This document shows positions 27,471 to 37,181 of a DNA stretch of 64,000 nucleotides, one piece after another. The translations under genes were made by a program, and so were the position numbers. Each line of letters opens with the position of its first letter. The stretch's first letter is position 1. The notes below the pieces were generated by a model that saw nothing but the letters and a program-made list of their open reading frames with translations, did no database searches and was not told the origin of the DNA. Source of the stretch: Parachlamydiales bacterium (GTDB lineage Bacteria > Chlamydiota > Chlamydiia > Chlamydiales > SM23-39). Location of the stretch: NCBI GenBank assembly GCA_963800655.1, contig CAWDBT010000002.1, positions 641,964 through 705,963 of the forward strand. The letters run 5' to 3'.

Positions 27471-28932
27471 TATAAGAAGAAGAGCTCGTCTCTCCCCCGT
27501 GCCCGGTCCAATTCGTATGGAAAAAGACGCCCCTCGGCTGATCGACTCTCTCATAGGTATGAGCGCCGAAAAAGTCCCTTTGAGCCTGCAGTAGGTTTGC
27601 GGGAAGCCTTTCCGAACGGTAGCCGTCGAAAAATGCCAGAGCCGAACTCATGCACGGCAGAGGAACTCCGAGGTTCGCCCCTTGCGCCGCCGTTTCTTTC
27701 CACGCCTCATAACAGCGGGAAATTTCCCCGATGAAAAAGGGAGAGATGAGCAAATTCTGCAAGGTGGGGTTCGTTTCAAACGCCTCTTTGATCTTGTTTA
27801 AGAACCGGCTTCTGATGATGCACCCATTTCGCCACATCAGGGCGATCGAGCCGAAATTCAGATCCCATTTGCGCTGCTCCGAGGCGCGCCTCATGAGCAT
27901 AAACCCTTGCGCATAACTTACGATTTTCGATGCATAAAGAGCGTGCTCGATCTCAGCGCAAAATGCCTTGGCATCCCCTTTGAATACCGCTTTCGGCAAG
28001 CGATACCGGCGGGAGGCTTCGAGCCTCTCTTCCTTGAGATCCGATAAGTATCTCGCAAATACCGCCTCTCCGATGAGCGTGACCGGAACTCCCAATTCGA
28101 GCGCATTCACGCCCGTCCATTTTCCGGTTCCCTTTTGTCCTGCGATATCGAGGATTTTTTCGACCAGAGGCGATCCGTCTTCGTCGGTTTTTTTTAGAAT
28201 TTGCGCGGTGATTTCGATCAGATAGCTGCTCAACGCCCCACTATTCCACTTTGCGAACAGATCCGCGATATCCCCATTCGATCTTCCCACTCGGCGCATC
28301 AGATCATATGCCTCGCAGATGAGCTGCATATCGCCATACTCGATCCCGTTGTGGATCATTTTGACATAATGGCCGGCGCCTCCGGCTCCCACCCACTCGC
28401 AGCAAGGAACCCCGTCTTCCGACTTCGCGGCAATCGATTGGAAAATTTCTTTGACATACGGCCAAGCATCGACGCTTCCTCCCGGCATGATCGAAGGGCC
28501 ATGGCGGGCTCCCTCTTCCCCTCCCGAAATCCCCGCGCCGATGAACTGAATGCCTCGATCCATCAATGCCATGCAGCGGCGTTCGGTATCGAGATAAAAG
28601 CTATTGCCTCCGTCGATGATGATATCTCCATGCTCGAGATGAGGCGAGATCTGTTCGATGAGATCGTCCACCGCAGCTCCGGCCTTGACCATCAGGATGA
28701 TTCTCCGCGGCCGTTTGAGCTGCTTGATGAATGTGGGCAAGTCCGGATACCCCAGGATCGTCTTGCCTGCGGCAGGCCCCCGCAGGAATTCCGAAATCTT
28801 CGCGGCAGTGCGGTTGTAGACAGCGACGGTAAAACCGTGATCGGCCATATTCAGAACGAGGTTTTGCCCCATGACCGCAAGTCCCACCAACCCGATATCG
28901 GCTTGCATATTCATCCCCTTAGTGCGTTGCAA
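27463..28932 (-). CDS. gnd: 6-phosphogluconate dehydrogenase (decarboxylating)
   Basis: NAD(P)-binding IGLVGLAVMGQNLVLN and the canonical Gnd core (GGNSFY, IMPGG, KMIHNGIEYGDMQLI). Confidence 0.95.
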   Translation of the reverse strand: MQRTKGMNMQADIGLVGLAVMGQNLVLNMADHGFTVAVYNRTAAKISEFLRGPAAGKTILGYPDLPTFIKQLKRPRRIILMVKAGAAVDDLIEQISPHLEHGDIIIDGGNSFYLDTERRCMALMDRGIQFIGAGISGGEEGARHGPSIMPGGSVDAWPYVKEIFQSIAAKSEDGVPCCEWVGAGGAGHYVKMIHNGIEYGDMQLICEAYDLMRRVGRSNGDIADLFAKWNSGALSSYLIEITAQILKKTDEDGSPLVEKILDIAGQKGTGKWTGVNALELGVPVTLIGEAVFARYLSDLKEERLEASRRYRLPKAVFKGDAKAFCAEIEHALYASKIVSYAQGFMLMRRASEQRKWDLNFGSIALMWRNGCIIRSRFLNKIKEAFETNPTLQNLLISPFFIGEISRCYEAWKETAAQGANLGVPLPCMSSALAFFDGYRSERLPANLLQAQRDFFGAHTYERVDQPRGVFFHTNWTGHGGETSSSSYNA

Positions 28933-29135
28933 GCAGTATAGAACGATCGCAAAACCGCCGCAACATGAAAAACCGATCGAAGCATACTTCTCAAAGCTAT
29001 TTTAATTAAAAAGAGAAATGGACCTTAGAGGGAATGTTTCTTTTAAAAGATAGAAACTCATAACATTATCAAGATGGTGAATCTAAAAAGTAGATTGTCT
29101 TTTTAACAATCGATTTATGGCAGAGCATTTTACCC

Positions 29136-29164
29136 TTGAGCGAGGAGCTTAACTGGCGTATACT
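29136..29164 (+). promoter_or_regulatory. Putative promoter of tRNA-Arg
   Basis: TTGAGC-N17-TATACT, ending about 13 nt before the tRNA 5' end. Confidence 0.5.
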
Positions 29165-29177
29165 ATTCGTTTTTTAT

Positions 29178-29250
29178 GTCCTCGTAGCTCAGTGGATAGA
29201 GCGGTCGCCTCCTAAGCGACAGGTCGCAGGTTCAACTCCCGCCGAGGGCA
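29178..29250 (+). tRNA. tRNA-Arg (anticodon CCT)
   Basis: Folded by hand as a 73-nt cloverleaf. The acceptor stem is GTCCTCG/CGAGGGC, the D-loop AGTGGATA, and the anticodon stem-loop GTCGC-CTCCTAA-GCGAC. The T-arm is GCAGG-TTCAACT-CCCGC with one A.C mismatch. No CCA is encoded. Confidence 0.9.
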
Positions 29251-29315
29251 TTCGCTCCTTTCATCGATCCTCTAGTCGCCGCTGCTACGTGGCGCGAGTC
29301 AAATCGACAAAGCTT

Positions 29316-29338
29316 CTCTTTGTAGATATCCTCTAAAA
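29316..29338 (-). repeat. PAL-A repeat, half copy (inverted orientation)
   Basis: The reverse complement TTTTAGAGGATATCTACAAAGAG matches the PAL-A arm. It lies between the tRNA and the first island gene. Confidence 0.7.
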
Positions 29339-30049
29339 CTAAACACCTTCTTGCACATATTCAGAAATTAAAAACTCATAATTAGCTGGTTCTATGCCGT
29401 TAAACGGATGAAAACAAAAATGTTTTGCCCGTTTACTCGATCCAATCCAGAATTCAGCTCCCAAATGACCGAACGCATTTTGCTGTGGCAAGGCCGCATG
29501 TGGAAGGATCTCACTCCCGGCATTTTCCTGAATCAACTCGTGATTCAGCGCCCGAATATGAGATGAAGTCGCCCACCAATACGTCCCGCTATAGTGAGGC
29601 CAATGGCCTAAAAATGTAGCTTCGCGATATAAAACTCCGGCCGTATCATAGCCTTCTTTGAGTTTGGCGACACACTTTTCCCATTGGTAAAGAACATGAT
29701 AGTCCATCATCATCCGCCAAAGTTCGGAAATATACGACTGGCGCCACACTCCTTTCGAATGAAAATAACAAATGTAAGCGTCTGTTTTCTGGGCAAATTC
29801 CAACAAAATTCGCATCGTATTTTTCTCTCTAAGAGATATATCAGAAAATCCGCAAACTTGAATTTTATCATATTTCGATACTAATTTCTGGAGCCACTCG
29901 AAATCCTCAGGTCTCTCATACCCCACACCAAGAAATAGAGAATCGGATTGATCGTAGAGACCTGAAATAAATACTTTTGTAAGCTGATCTTGGATTCTAA
30001 ACTTAAAATCATTCGTCAAAAATACGTGATAAAAAACAGCTATTTTCAC
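29339..30049 (-). CDS. Island paralog A of an uncharacterised ~235-aa family (putative glycan-modifying enzyme)
   Basis: Shares the N-terminus MKIAVFYHVFLTNDFKFRIQDQLTK and the motif HWPHYSGTYWWATSSHIRALN with the genes at 30238 and 31098. The start is set at the GTG giving MKIAVFYHV. The gene is AT-rich. Confidence 0.7.
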   Translation of the reverse strand: MKIAVFYHVFLTNDFKFRIQDQLTKVFISGLYDQSDSLFLGVGYERPEDFEWLQKLVSKYDKIQVCGFSDISLREKNTMRILLEFAQKTDAYICYFHSKGVWRQSYISELWRMMMDYHVLYQWEKCVAKLKEGYDTAGVLYREATFLGHWPHYSGTYWWATSSHIRALNHELIQENAGSEILPHAALPQQNAFGHLGAEFWIGSSKRAKHFCFHPFNGIEPANYEFLISEYVQEGV

Positions 30050-30237
30050 AACCACCTTTTTATAAAAAAATTAAATTAATAAACCATTTTTTTAGATTTT
30101 TATTATCGCAAGCAACGAGATATTTCTAATATTGCACCTCTTGCGATTACAAAAAACAATCATCTTTCGCATAGAAAAAATTCGATTTTTGAAAATACAA
30201 AAAAACAACATTAAATCACTAAAAAGATATATTGAAA

Positions 30238-30936
30238 TCATAAATATTCAAAAATACAATGCTCAATTAAATATGGATTTGTTGCTTTAAGCGGATAGAA
30301 ACAGAAATTCTTAGAATTCCGTCTCGATCCGATCCAAAATTCGGCTCCCAAACGATCGAACGCATCTTGCTCTTGCGGAGACGCATGAGGAAGGATCACG
30401 CTCCCAGCATTCCGCTGAATCAACCTGTGATTGAGAGTCCGAATATGGGACGAAGTCGCCCACCAATACGTCCCGCTGTAGTGAGGCCAATGGCCTAAAA
30501 ATGTATCTTCGCAATATAGAATTCCGGCTGTATCATAGCCTTCTTTAAGTTTGGCGACACACTGTTCCCATTGGAAAAGAACGTGATAATCCATAATCAT
30601 CCGCCAAAGACTCGAATTATATGACTGATGATAGAGTCCCTTGGAATGAAAATAACAAATAAAGGCCTCTTGATGATCGCAAAATTGAGATATCAGCATC
30701 ATTGTATGTTTTTCTGCCAACTCTCCATTTTTAAAACCAACCAGTTTAATTTTTTCATATTTAATAAAAAGCCTTTTCAACCAAAAAAAATCATCGTCCC
30801 GATAATAAACAGCCCCAATAACAACAGAATCGCATTTCTCATAAAGACCAGAAACAAATAGCTTCAAAAACTGATCTTGCACTAGAAACTTAAAATCATT
30901 TACTAAGCATACATGATAAAAAACAGCTGTTTTCAT
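30238..30936 (-). CDS. Island paralog B of the same family
   Basis: MKTAVFYHVCLVNDFKF...HWPHYSGTYWWATSSHIRTLN. The C-terminal half is near-identical to paralog A at the DNA level, while the N-terminal half is divergent. Confidence 0.7.
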   Translation of the reverse strand: MKTAVFYHVCLVNDFKFLVQDQFLKLFVSGLYEKCDSVVIGAVYYRDDDFFWLKRLFIKYEKIKLVGFKNGELAEKHTMMLISQFCDHQEAFICYFHSKGLYHQSYNSSLWRMIMDYHVLFQWEQCVAKLKEGYDTAGILYCEDTFLGHWPHYSGTYWWATSSHIRTLNHRLIQRNAGSVILPHASPQEQDAFDRLGAEFWIGSRRNSKNFCFYPLKATNPYLIEHCIFEYL

Positions 30937-31097
30937 AAAAAACCAATAAAATATCATTTAAAATACAAAACTTTGTCGTTTTTTAGACACTTTCTTATTT
31001 TTAAAACATTGACTGGTTGATATATTATATTTATCGAAAATGAACCTATTCGGAATGCACAAACCCACCCCAACTTCCAAAGATTTTAAAATTAAGA

Positions 31098-31796
31098 TCA
31101 TAAATAACTAGAAATATCATATTCAAAAAAATACGGCTCTATTCCATTAAACGGATAAAAACAGTAATGCTTAAAATCAGGCCTCGAGCCAATCCAAAAT
31201 TCGGCTCCCAAATGAGCGAACTCATCTTGCTTTTGCGCAGACGCATACGGAAGTATAATTCTTCCGGCGTTCTGCTGAATCAAGCCGTGATTCAGCGCTC
31301 GAATATGAGATGAAGTCGTCCACCAATAACCCCCGCTATAGTGAGGCCAATGGCCTAAAACTGTGGCTTCGCGATATAAAATTCCCGCCGTATCATAGCC
31401 TTTTTCGAGCTTCGCGACACACTTTTTCCATTGGAAAAGAACGTGATAGTCCAAAATCATCCGCCAAAGATCGCAAGCATAAGACTGCTGCGACACTCCT
31501 TTTAAATGAAAATAAAAAATGTAAGCATCGTTTTGATTTGCAAAATCCAACAAAACTCGCATCGTATTTTTCTCTCTAAGGGATGGATTAGAAAATCCAC
31601 AAACTTTAATTTTATTATATTTCGATACTAAATTTTGAAGCCAATCGAAATCCTCAGGCCGCTCGTACCCGGCTCCAAGAAATAGAAAATCGCATTGATC
31701 GTAGAGGCCGGAGATAAACAATTTTGTAAGCTGATCTTGAATTCGAAATTTAAAATCGTTCGTCAAAAATACATGATAAAAAACAGCTATTTTCAT
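31098..31796 (-). CDS. Island paralog C of the same family
   Basis: MKIAVFYHVFLTNDFKFRIQDQLTK...HWPHYSGGYWWTTSSHIRALN. By eye it is roughly three quarters identical to paralog A. Confidence 0.7.
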   Translation of the reverse strand: MKIAVFYHVFLTNDFKFRIQDQLTKLFISGLYDQCDFLFLGAGYERPEDFDWLQNLVSKYNKIKVCGFSNPSLREKNTMRVLLDFANQNDAYIFYFHLKGVSQQSYACDLWRMILDYHVLFQWKKCVAKLEKGYDTAGILYREATVLGHWPHYSGGYWWTTSSHIRALNHGLIQQNAGRIILPYASAQKQDEFAHLGAEFWIGSRPDFKHYCFYPFNGIEPYFFEYDISSYL

Positions 31797-31914
31797 AAAA
31801 ACCTTTTATAAAAAAACCAACAACAAATACACCTAAAAAATCTTTGAATTAAGATATGCTCTTAGACTAGACAACTCGTTCTGAGATCAAAATCCGACCT
31901 CGAGTCAAAGCAGC

Positions 31915-32850
31915 TTATAAACACATCTCAATAATTGCTTTCTTCGGATTTTCTAGATTGCATTTCCACCAAGAGATTACCTCTTGCAACCTCTCATTCA
32001 AAGATATCTCAGGCTGCCAATGCAGTTCATCTCGAGCCCTGGATACTTCGGCCACAATCGAGGGGGTGTCCAGAATAGATGGCGCAAGTTTTCCGAACTG
32101 CAGCAAATGCTCGCCCCCAATTTGCTCAGCCAAACACAATGCGAGATCCTTTAACGAAATGCCTCGCCCCGAAGCGATATTGATCCCTCCTTCGACAGCC
32201 CTGTCCAACAGAGCTGCAAATCCCTCTCCGGCATCTTTCGAATGGAGGAAATCCCTGATTTGGTTCCCATGGGAACAGGGAATTTCCTCCCCTTTCAGCA
32301 ATCCTCGAATCACAGCCGGTACGAATCGATTGGGATGTTCAGAGGGACCATATAGGTAAAACAAATATCCCCAGGCAAACTCCATCCCGGTTTGTCTGGC
32401 AAATGCCTCGAGCATTAAATATAGCGCTCTTTTTGATGCTCCATAGATGGTCTTCGGACGAAAACGGCTCGTACGTTCTTCGTAGATCCGGCCGGCTTCA
32501 TATTCCGTACAGCTTCCAGCGACGACCATTCGGCGTCCGCCGGATTCGGCAAAACACCTGGCCAAATGCAAACTCGCATTCACCCATTTCCAATTGTCCA
32601 GAGAAGACCAAAATGCTCCATGATCCGTTACCCAGGCGAAGTGGAGCAAATGCGTGAATGAATGCTCGGAGCACAACTTGGCGATTTTCACCTCGTCGAA
32701 GAGATCGAGCTCATGCCAGAACACCCTCTGATCCATGTCAGACGTTTTTTTCCGGCAAATCGCGTGTACTTCATACGATCTTTCATGAAGAGCCGGAAGC
32801 GACCATCTTCCAATAAATCCCGTCCCTCCGGTCACCAATACCTTTTTCAC
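31915..32850 (-). CDS. NAD-dependent epimerase/dehydratase (extended SDR; probable NDP-4-keto-sugar reductase)
   Basis: Rossmann motif VTGGTGFIGR and catalytic YGASK. It is the last gene of the sugar-nucleotide operon. Confidence 0.85.
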   Translation of the reverse strand: MKKVLVTGGTGFIGRWSLPALHERSYEVHAICRKKTSDMDQRVFWHELDLFDEVKIAKLCSEHSFTHLLHFAWVTDHGAFWSSLDNWKWVNASLHLARCFAESGGRRMVVAGSCTEYEAGRIYEERTSRFRPKTIYGASKRALYLMLEAFARQTGMEFAWGYLFYLYGPSEHPNRFVPAVIRGLLKGEEIPCSHGNQIRDFLHSKDAGEGFAALLDRAVEGGINIASGRGISLKDLALCLAEQIGGEHLLQFGKLAPSILDTPSIVAEVSRARDELHWQPEISLNERLQEVISWWKCNLENPKKAIIEMCL

Positions 32851-33374
32851 GTCAAGTCCTCATATCTTCGATCTTTTTCGGACATGCAGGTGATTTCAAG
32901 AGGCCAATGAATTCCCAAAGCAGGGTCATTCCAACGCACTCCCCGCTCGCTTTCCGGCCGATAGCAAGCCGATACGTAATAAAACAGTTCCGTATCGTCT
33001 TCCAATGTCTGAAATCCATGGGCAAACCCCCTCGGGATATAGATCATCTCGCGTTTGTTTTCATGCAGTTCAATCGCGATCCATTCCTTATACGTCGGGG
33101 AATCAGGGCGCAGATCGACGATGACGTCGTAGAGAGAACCCTTTGTGCAGAAAATCACCTTTACCTCCTGATGAGGAGCGATTTGCCGATGCAATCCCCT
33201 CAGGGTTCCTTTGATCCGGTTGCGAGAGATGTTGCATTCGACATAATCCGATTCGAGATTGGCCTGTTTGAACGCCTCTTTCGAAAACGATTTGACGAAC
33301 TCCCCTCTTTCATCCGAAAAAGACTTAAGTTCTATTACATAAGCACCCGTCAATCGCAACGGTTTAAACAGCAT
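32847..33374 (-). CDS. NDP-4-keto-6-deoxyhexose 3,5-epimerase (RmlC-like cupin)
   Basis: 175-aa cupin with RmlC-type motifs (RGLHRQ..., YIPRGFAHGFQTLEDDTELFY). Confidence 0.85.
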   Translation of the reverse strand: MLFKPLRLTGAYVIELKSFSDERGEFVKSFSKEAFKQANLESDYVECNISRNRIKGTLRGLHRQIAPHQEVKVIFCTKGSLYDVIVDLRPDSPTYKEWIAIELHENKREMIYIPRGFAHGFQTLEDDTELFYYVSACYRPESERGVRWNDPALGIHWPLEITCMSEKDRRYEDLT

Positions 33375-34593
33375 GGATCTCCTCTTCGATCGAAAGGGGG
33401 AATAAAAATTTCCCGCCCCAGTTTTGAATGTACGAAAGCTGCTCGGTGATTTCGCGTTTTAAATTCCAAGGAAGAACGAGGACGTAATCTGGACGAACTT
33501 CCTCTATTTTTTCGATTCCGAAGATCGGAATGCGGCTGCCCGGGAGAAAATGTCCTTGTTTATATGGATTGACATCGACTGTAAACGGAAGGAGATCAGG
33601 ATTGACCTTGCAATAATTTAACAAGGTGTTTCCCTTGGCAGGAGCGCCATAGCCGACGACTGATTTTCCCGTCTTCTTTAAATCTTGGAGCTTGGCTACG
33701 AGCCTGTTTCGGATCATTTTAGCCCGTTCGTTAAAGGCCAAATACGTTTTGAGATATCCCAATCCAAACATGTGCTCTTTTGCCCGCAATGCATCGACTC
33801 TCTCTTCGATTTTTCTAGAAGCTCCCGCATGCTGTAGATATACCCTGAGGGATCCGCCGTGCGTGGATAGTTCTTCGACATCGAATATTTCCAGATCGTG
33901 CTGTTCGAAGATTTTTTCGACGCTCAGCAAGGAAAAATAAGAAAAATGTTCGTGATAGATCGTGTCGAATTGGTTTTGTTCGATGAGATTTAAAAGATGA
34001 GGGAACTCTAAGGTGATCGCTCCATCTGGCGCGAGCAGGCATCTAAACCCTTCTACAAAATCATGGAGATCGGGAACATGCGCCAACACATTGTTGCCGA
34101 TCATCAAATCGGCTTTTTCTCCGCGATCCCGCAGGGTTTGAGCGAGCCGTTCCCCAAAAAACTCCGAGATCGTAGGAACGCCTCGTTCAATTGCAATTTT
34201 CGCCACATTTGCAGCCGGTTCGATCCCGAGGACCGGAATTTGCCGAGCTAAGAAATGCTGCAAAAGATACCCGTCATTACTGGCGATCTCGACGACTTTG
34301 TTCGACGAGTCCAATTGAAGGCGTTTTTGAATGTCCTCCGCATATTTTTTTCCATGGGCAATCCAGCTTTCAGAACAGGAGGAAAAGTAAAAATATTCTC
34401 CAAAAATCTCCTCGGGCGTTTGAAATTGCCCGAGCTGCACGAGAAAACACGATCTGCATACATAGGCGCAGAGAGGAAATGCGATCTCTTTTCCATCTGC
34501 TTGTTTTAAATAGGCGTTTGCCGGCGGCGTAGCTCCTAAATCGCAAAAACAATCGAATAGTTCCGCATGACAAGCTCTGCATTTTTGACTCAT
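33364..34593 (-). CDS. SAM-dependent NDP-hexose C-methyltransferase (TylC3-like)
   Basis: N-terminal Cys4 zinc ribbon (CRAC...CFC...CRSC), a class I methyltransferase core (VVEIASNDGYLL) and a C-terminal C-methyltransferase domain (HEHFSYFS). Confidence 0.82.
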   Translation of the reverse strand: MSQKCRACHAELFDCFCDLGATPPANAYLKQADGKEIAFPLCAYVCRSCFLVQLGQFQTPEEIFGEYFYFSSCSESWIAHGKKYAEDIQKRLQLDSSNKVVEIASNDGYLLQHFLARQIPVLGIEPAANVAKIAIERGVPTISEFFGERLAQTLRDRGEKADLMIGNNVLAHVPDLHDFVEGFRCLLAPDGAITLEFPHLLNLIEQNQFDTIYHEHFSYFSLLSVEKIFEQHDLEIFDVEELSTHGGSLRVYLQHAGASRKIEERVDALRAKEHMFGLGYLKTYLAFNERAKMIRNRLVAKLQDLKKTGKSVVGYGAPAKGNTLLNYCKVNPDLLPFTVDVNPYKQGHFLPGSRIPIFGIEKIEEVRPDYVLVLPWNLKREITEQLSYIQNWGGKFLFPLSIEEEIHAV

Positions 34594-35576
34594 CTAATTC
34601 CCTTAATTAAATAGTTTTTGTACCAATCAATCGTCCGTTTCAATCCTTCTTTCAGCGGATAGCGAGATCTCCAACGGAGCCGCTCCTTGGCCTTATCGGC
34701 GTTGAGAGACTGATGCTCGATTTCATTTGAAGCGCATCCCAAAATGTTCGCCTGAATATGCTCGCAGCCCATGAGCCCCTGAATCGCGCCTACGATTTCC
34801 AGAACACTCGAAGGGGCTTCCGGGCCGAAATTAAACGCTTCTCCTTCGACATCGGAGCGATCTAATTGTTCAGCCAACAATAAATATGCTTCGACCGCAT
34901 CTTCGACATAGACGTAGTCGCGAGTATATAAACCATTGCTGCGGATAAGAGGAGGCGTTCCCAATAGAAAACTGCGGATGCTCCCTGGAACAATCCGGCT
35001 CCAATTCATATCCCGCCCTCCATAGATATTCCCGCATCGAGCGATCGCCACTGGTAGGCGATAGGTATGCGCGTAGGAAAGCGCCAAGAGATCGGTGCAA
35101 GATTTAGATACGTCATAAGGATGCTTGCCGCAAAGAGGCATGTCCTCGACATAAGGCAGGCGATCGCTCGACCCGTAGGCCTTGTCGCTCGACGCCACCA
35201 CGATGCGTCGAACGAGTCCGAAAGATCTTCGGCATGCCTCCAAGAGATGGTATGTTCCCCGGATATTGGCTTCAAACGTCCCAAGCGGATTGCGCAAAGC
35301 AGTGCCTACAATCGTCTGCGCTCCTAAATGAAATACCGTATCGATTTCGTATTTATGAATCGCCCGCTCAAGCGCATCGAGATCTTCGAGAGAGCCCGAT
35401 ACGAACTCGACCTGTTGATCGAACGTGCCGCGGCAAGTCAATCGATCTGCTGGAGTATCGTGGATGAGAGCGACGACATCCGCTTTCCGATCTATCAGCG
35501 CTTGCATGAGCCACGACCCTACGAGACCGGTCGCTCCTGTGATAAAAACTCTTTTTTTCTCCCAAAATATATTCAT
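34590..35576 (-). CDS. rfbG: CDP-glucose 4,6-dehydratase
   Basis: FITGATGLVGSWL Rossmann motif and YDVSK catalytic motif. It is RfbG-like throughout and is coupled to rfbF by a 4-nt overlap. Confidence 0.88.
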   Translation of the reverse strand: MNIFWEKKRVFITGATGLVGSWLMQALIDRKADVVALIHDTPADRLTCRGTFDQQVEFVSGSLEDLDALERAIHKYEIDTVFHLGAQTIVGTALRNPLGTFEANIRGTYHLLEACRRSFGLVRRIVVASSDKAYGSSDRLPYVEDMPLCGKHPYDVSKSCTDLLALSYAHTYRLPVAIARCGNIYGGRDMNWSRIVPGSIRSFLLGTPPLIRSNGLYTRDYVYVEDAVEAYLLLAEQLDRSDVEGEAFNFGPEAPSSVLEIVGAIQGLMGCEHIQANILGCASNEIEHQSLNADKAKERLRWRSRYPLKEGLKRTIDWYKNYLIKGIR

Positions 35577-36406
35577 TTAGATTTCACCCTCGACTTGATT
35601 CGTTCCGTCAATTTCGCATCCAGGCCGCTTGAATGATCAGCCCATTTTTTCCAAGGCGCTTTCCCGGATTCCCAAAGGGACTCGAGCAGACGATGTTCCC
35701 GCAGGGTATCCATCGGCTGCCAAAAGCCATCGTGAAAATAAGCCATTAATTCTTTTGTCTCGGCGAGCCGTTCGAGCGGTTCTTTTTCCCAAAGAGTCTC
35801 ATCTCCTTCGATCAAATCGAGGACTTCGGGTTCCAGCACAAAAAATCCCCCGCTCACGCGCCCCTCGAGAAGCTGGTTTTTTTCCGTGAATTCTTCGACG
35901 CAATGGCCGTTAAGAGAAAATCCGCCGAATCGAGCGGGTGGATGAACTGCAGTCAGAGTCGCCAGCCGCCCATGTTCCTTATGGAATGCGACTAGATCCG
36001 CGATATTGACATCGGATAGGCCATCGCCATAGGTCATCATAAATGTTTCGTTGCCGAGATATTGTTTTAGCCTCTTCAAGCGACCTCCGGTTTGCGTAGT
36101 CGACCCGGTATCGATCAGATGGATCTTCCAATTCGGCTGGTTGCCTTTGTAAATCGTCGTTTGCCCCGTCGATAAATCCAAAGACAGATCATGGCTCAAC
36201 GCATAGAAGTCGAGAAAATACTTCTTCACTATTTCCGCTTTATATCCCAATGCGATGATGAATTCGGAATAACCGAATCTCGCATAGGAATTGAGAATAT
36301 GCCAGAGGATCGGTCTCCCGCCGATTTCTACCATCGGCTTTGGAACCAGACCCGTTAATTCAGACAATCGAGTGCCCAAACCGCCTGCTAAAATCACTGT
36401 TTTCAT
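35573..36406 (-). CDS. rfbF: Glucose-1-phosphate cytidylyltransferase
   Basis: MKTVILAGGLGTRLSELTGLVPKPMVEIGGRPILWHI is the canonical RfbF N-terminus. The start is re-assigned from 36514 to the ATG at 36406. Confidence 0.9.
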   Translation of the reverse strand: MKTVILAGGLGTRLSELTGLVPKPMVEIGGRPILWHILNSYARFGYSEFIIALGYKAEIVKKYFLDFYALSHDLSLDLSTGQTTIYKGNQPNWKIHLIDTGSTTQTGGRLKRLKQYLGNETFMMTYGDGLSDVNIADLVAFHKEHGRLATLTAVHPPARFGGFSLNGHCVEEFTEKNQLLEGRVSGGFFVLEPEVLDLIEGDETLWEKEPLERLAETKELMAYFHDGFWQPMDTLREHRLLESLWESGKAPWKKWADHSSGLDAKLTERIKSRVKSK

Positions 36407-36449
36407 AGAAAAACCCGAATAGTTATTTTTATTCTTTTCAAGTTTATAA

Positions 36450-37155
36450 TTAATGAGCTTCAAACCTGCGATCGCAATCTCGATAATGTCCGACATGCAC
36501 CTGAGGAACTTCAATCAATAAACTTTTGTCAATTTCTTTATAAATTGAGTGTTCGATATCGACATCGGTAAACATTGAATAATAAAACATTTTATAAAGC
36601 AGATCCATTGCATTTGAATATAATTTAACAGGAAATGACCACAATACCATCTGAAGATAAAAAGGATAGATTTCTCTATCTTGCCTCCAAGATGGCTCTC
36701 TTTTTCTCAGAACATATTTTTCAGCGCATTCCGTGCTTTCATAATAAGACAGGTCAAATGAATCCATTAATTTATATCTACCAGTCATCTTAAATACTCT
36801 TTTTATATCACCAAAACCGATTCTGTCTTCTATGAATTTCAAACCTTCTATCACAGAATGAACGACTAGAGCGTTCTTTTTAAAAGCGACCCCTGGAACG
36901 GGATCGTATTTTTTTAAAACAGATACGCCATAAACATTTTTCAAACTAATTAATAAATCGGCTTTTTTTTGAATTATCTTATTTGCCTCAGAACTTTCAT
37001 GGCTGATTGAATTTTCTACAACGACAATCAGAGCAGAAGGATCTTTTTTTCTAATGCTATCTACACAATCCAGAACTTGACAGAGCCTTTCTTCTCGGTG
37101 AAAACGCGCTCACATCGCTATAAATGGAAGACGTTAAAACAAACAAATTCCTCAT
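36450..37155 (-). pseudogene. Island family-2 paralog D (GT-A-like?), broken by a 1-nt insertion
   Basis: ATG at 37155 gives MRNLFVLTSSIYSDVSAFSP. The reading then continues in another frame as EERLCQVLDCVDSIRKKDPSALIVVVENS...MTGRYKLMDSFDLSYY (track ORF 36450..36944). It is collinear with paralog E. The span is 706 nt (3n+1) and the shift lies near 37090-37098. Confidence 0.7.
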
Positions 37156-37181
37156 AACACACCTTTTTAAATTATAAAATA

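Noticed and set aside
36407-36514. 36-codon N-terminal extension of rfbF.
   Set aside because: RfbF homologs begin at MK.VILAGG. The extension overlaps the neighbouring AT-rich gene region and has no SD context.
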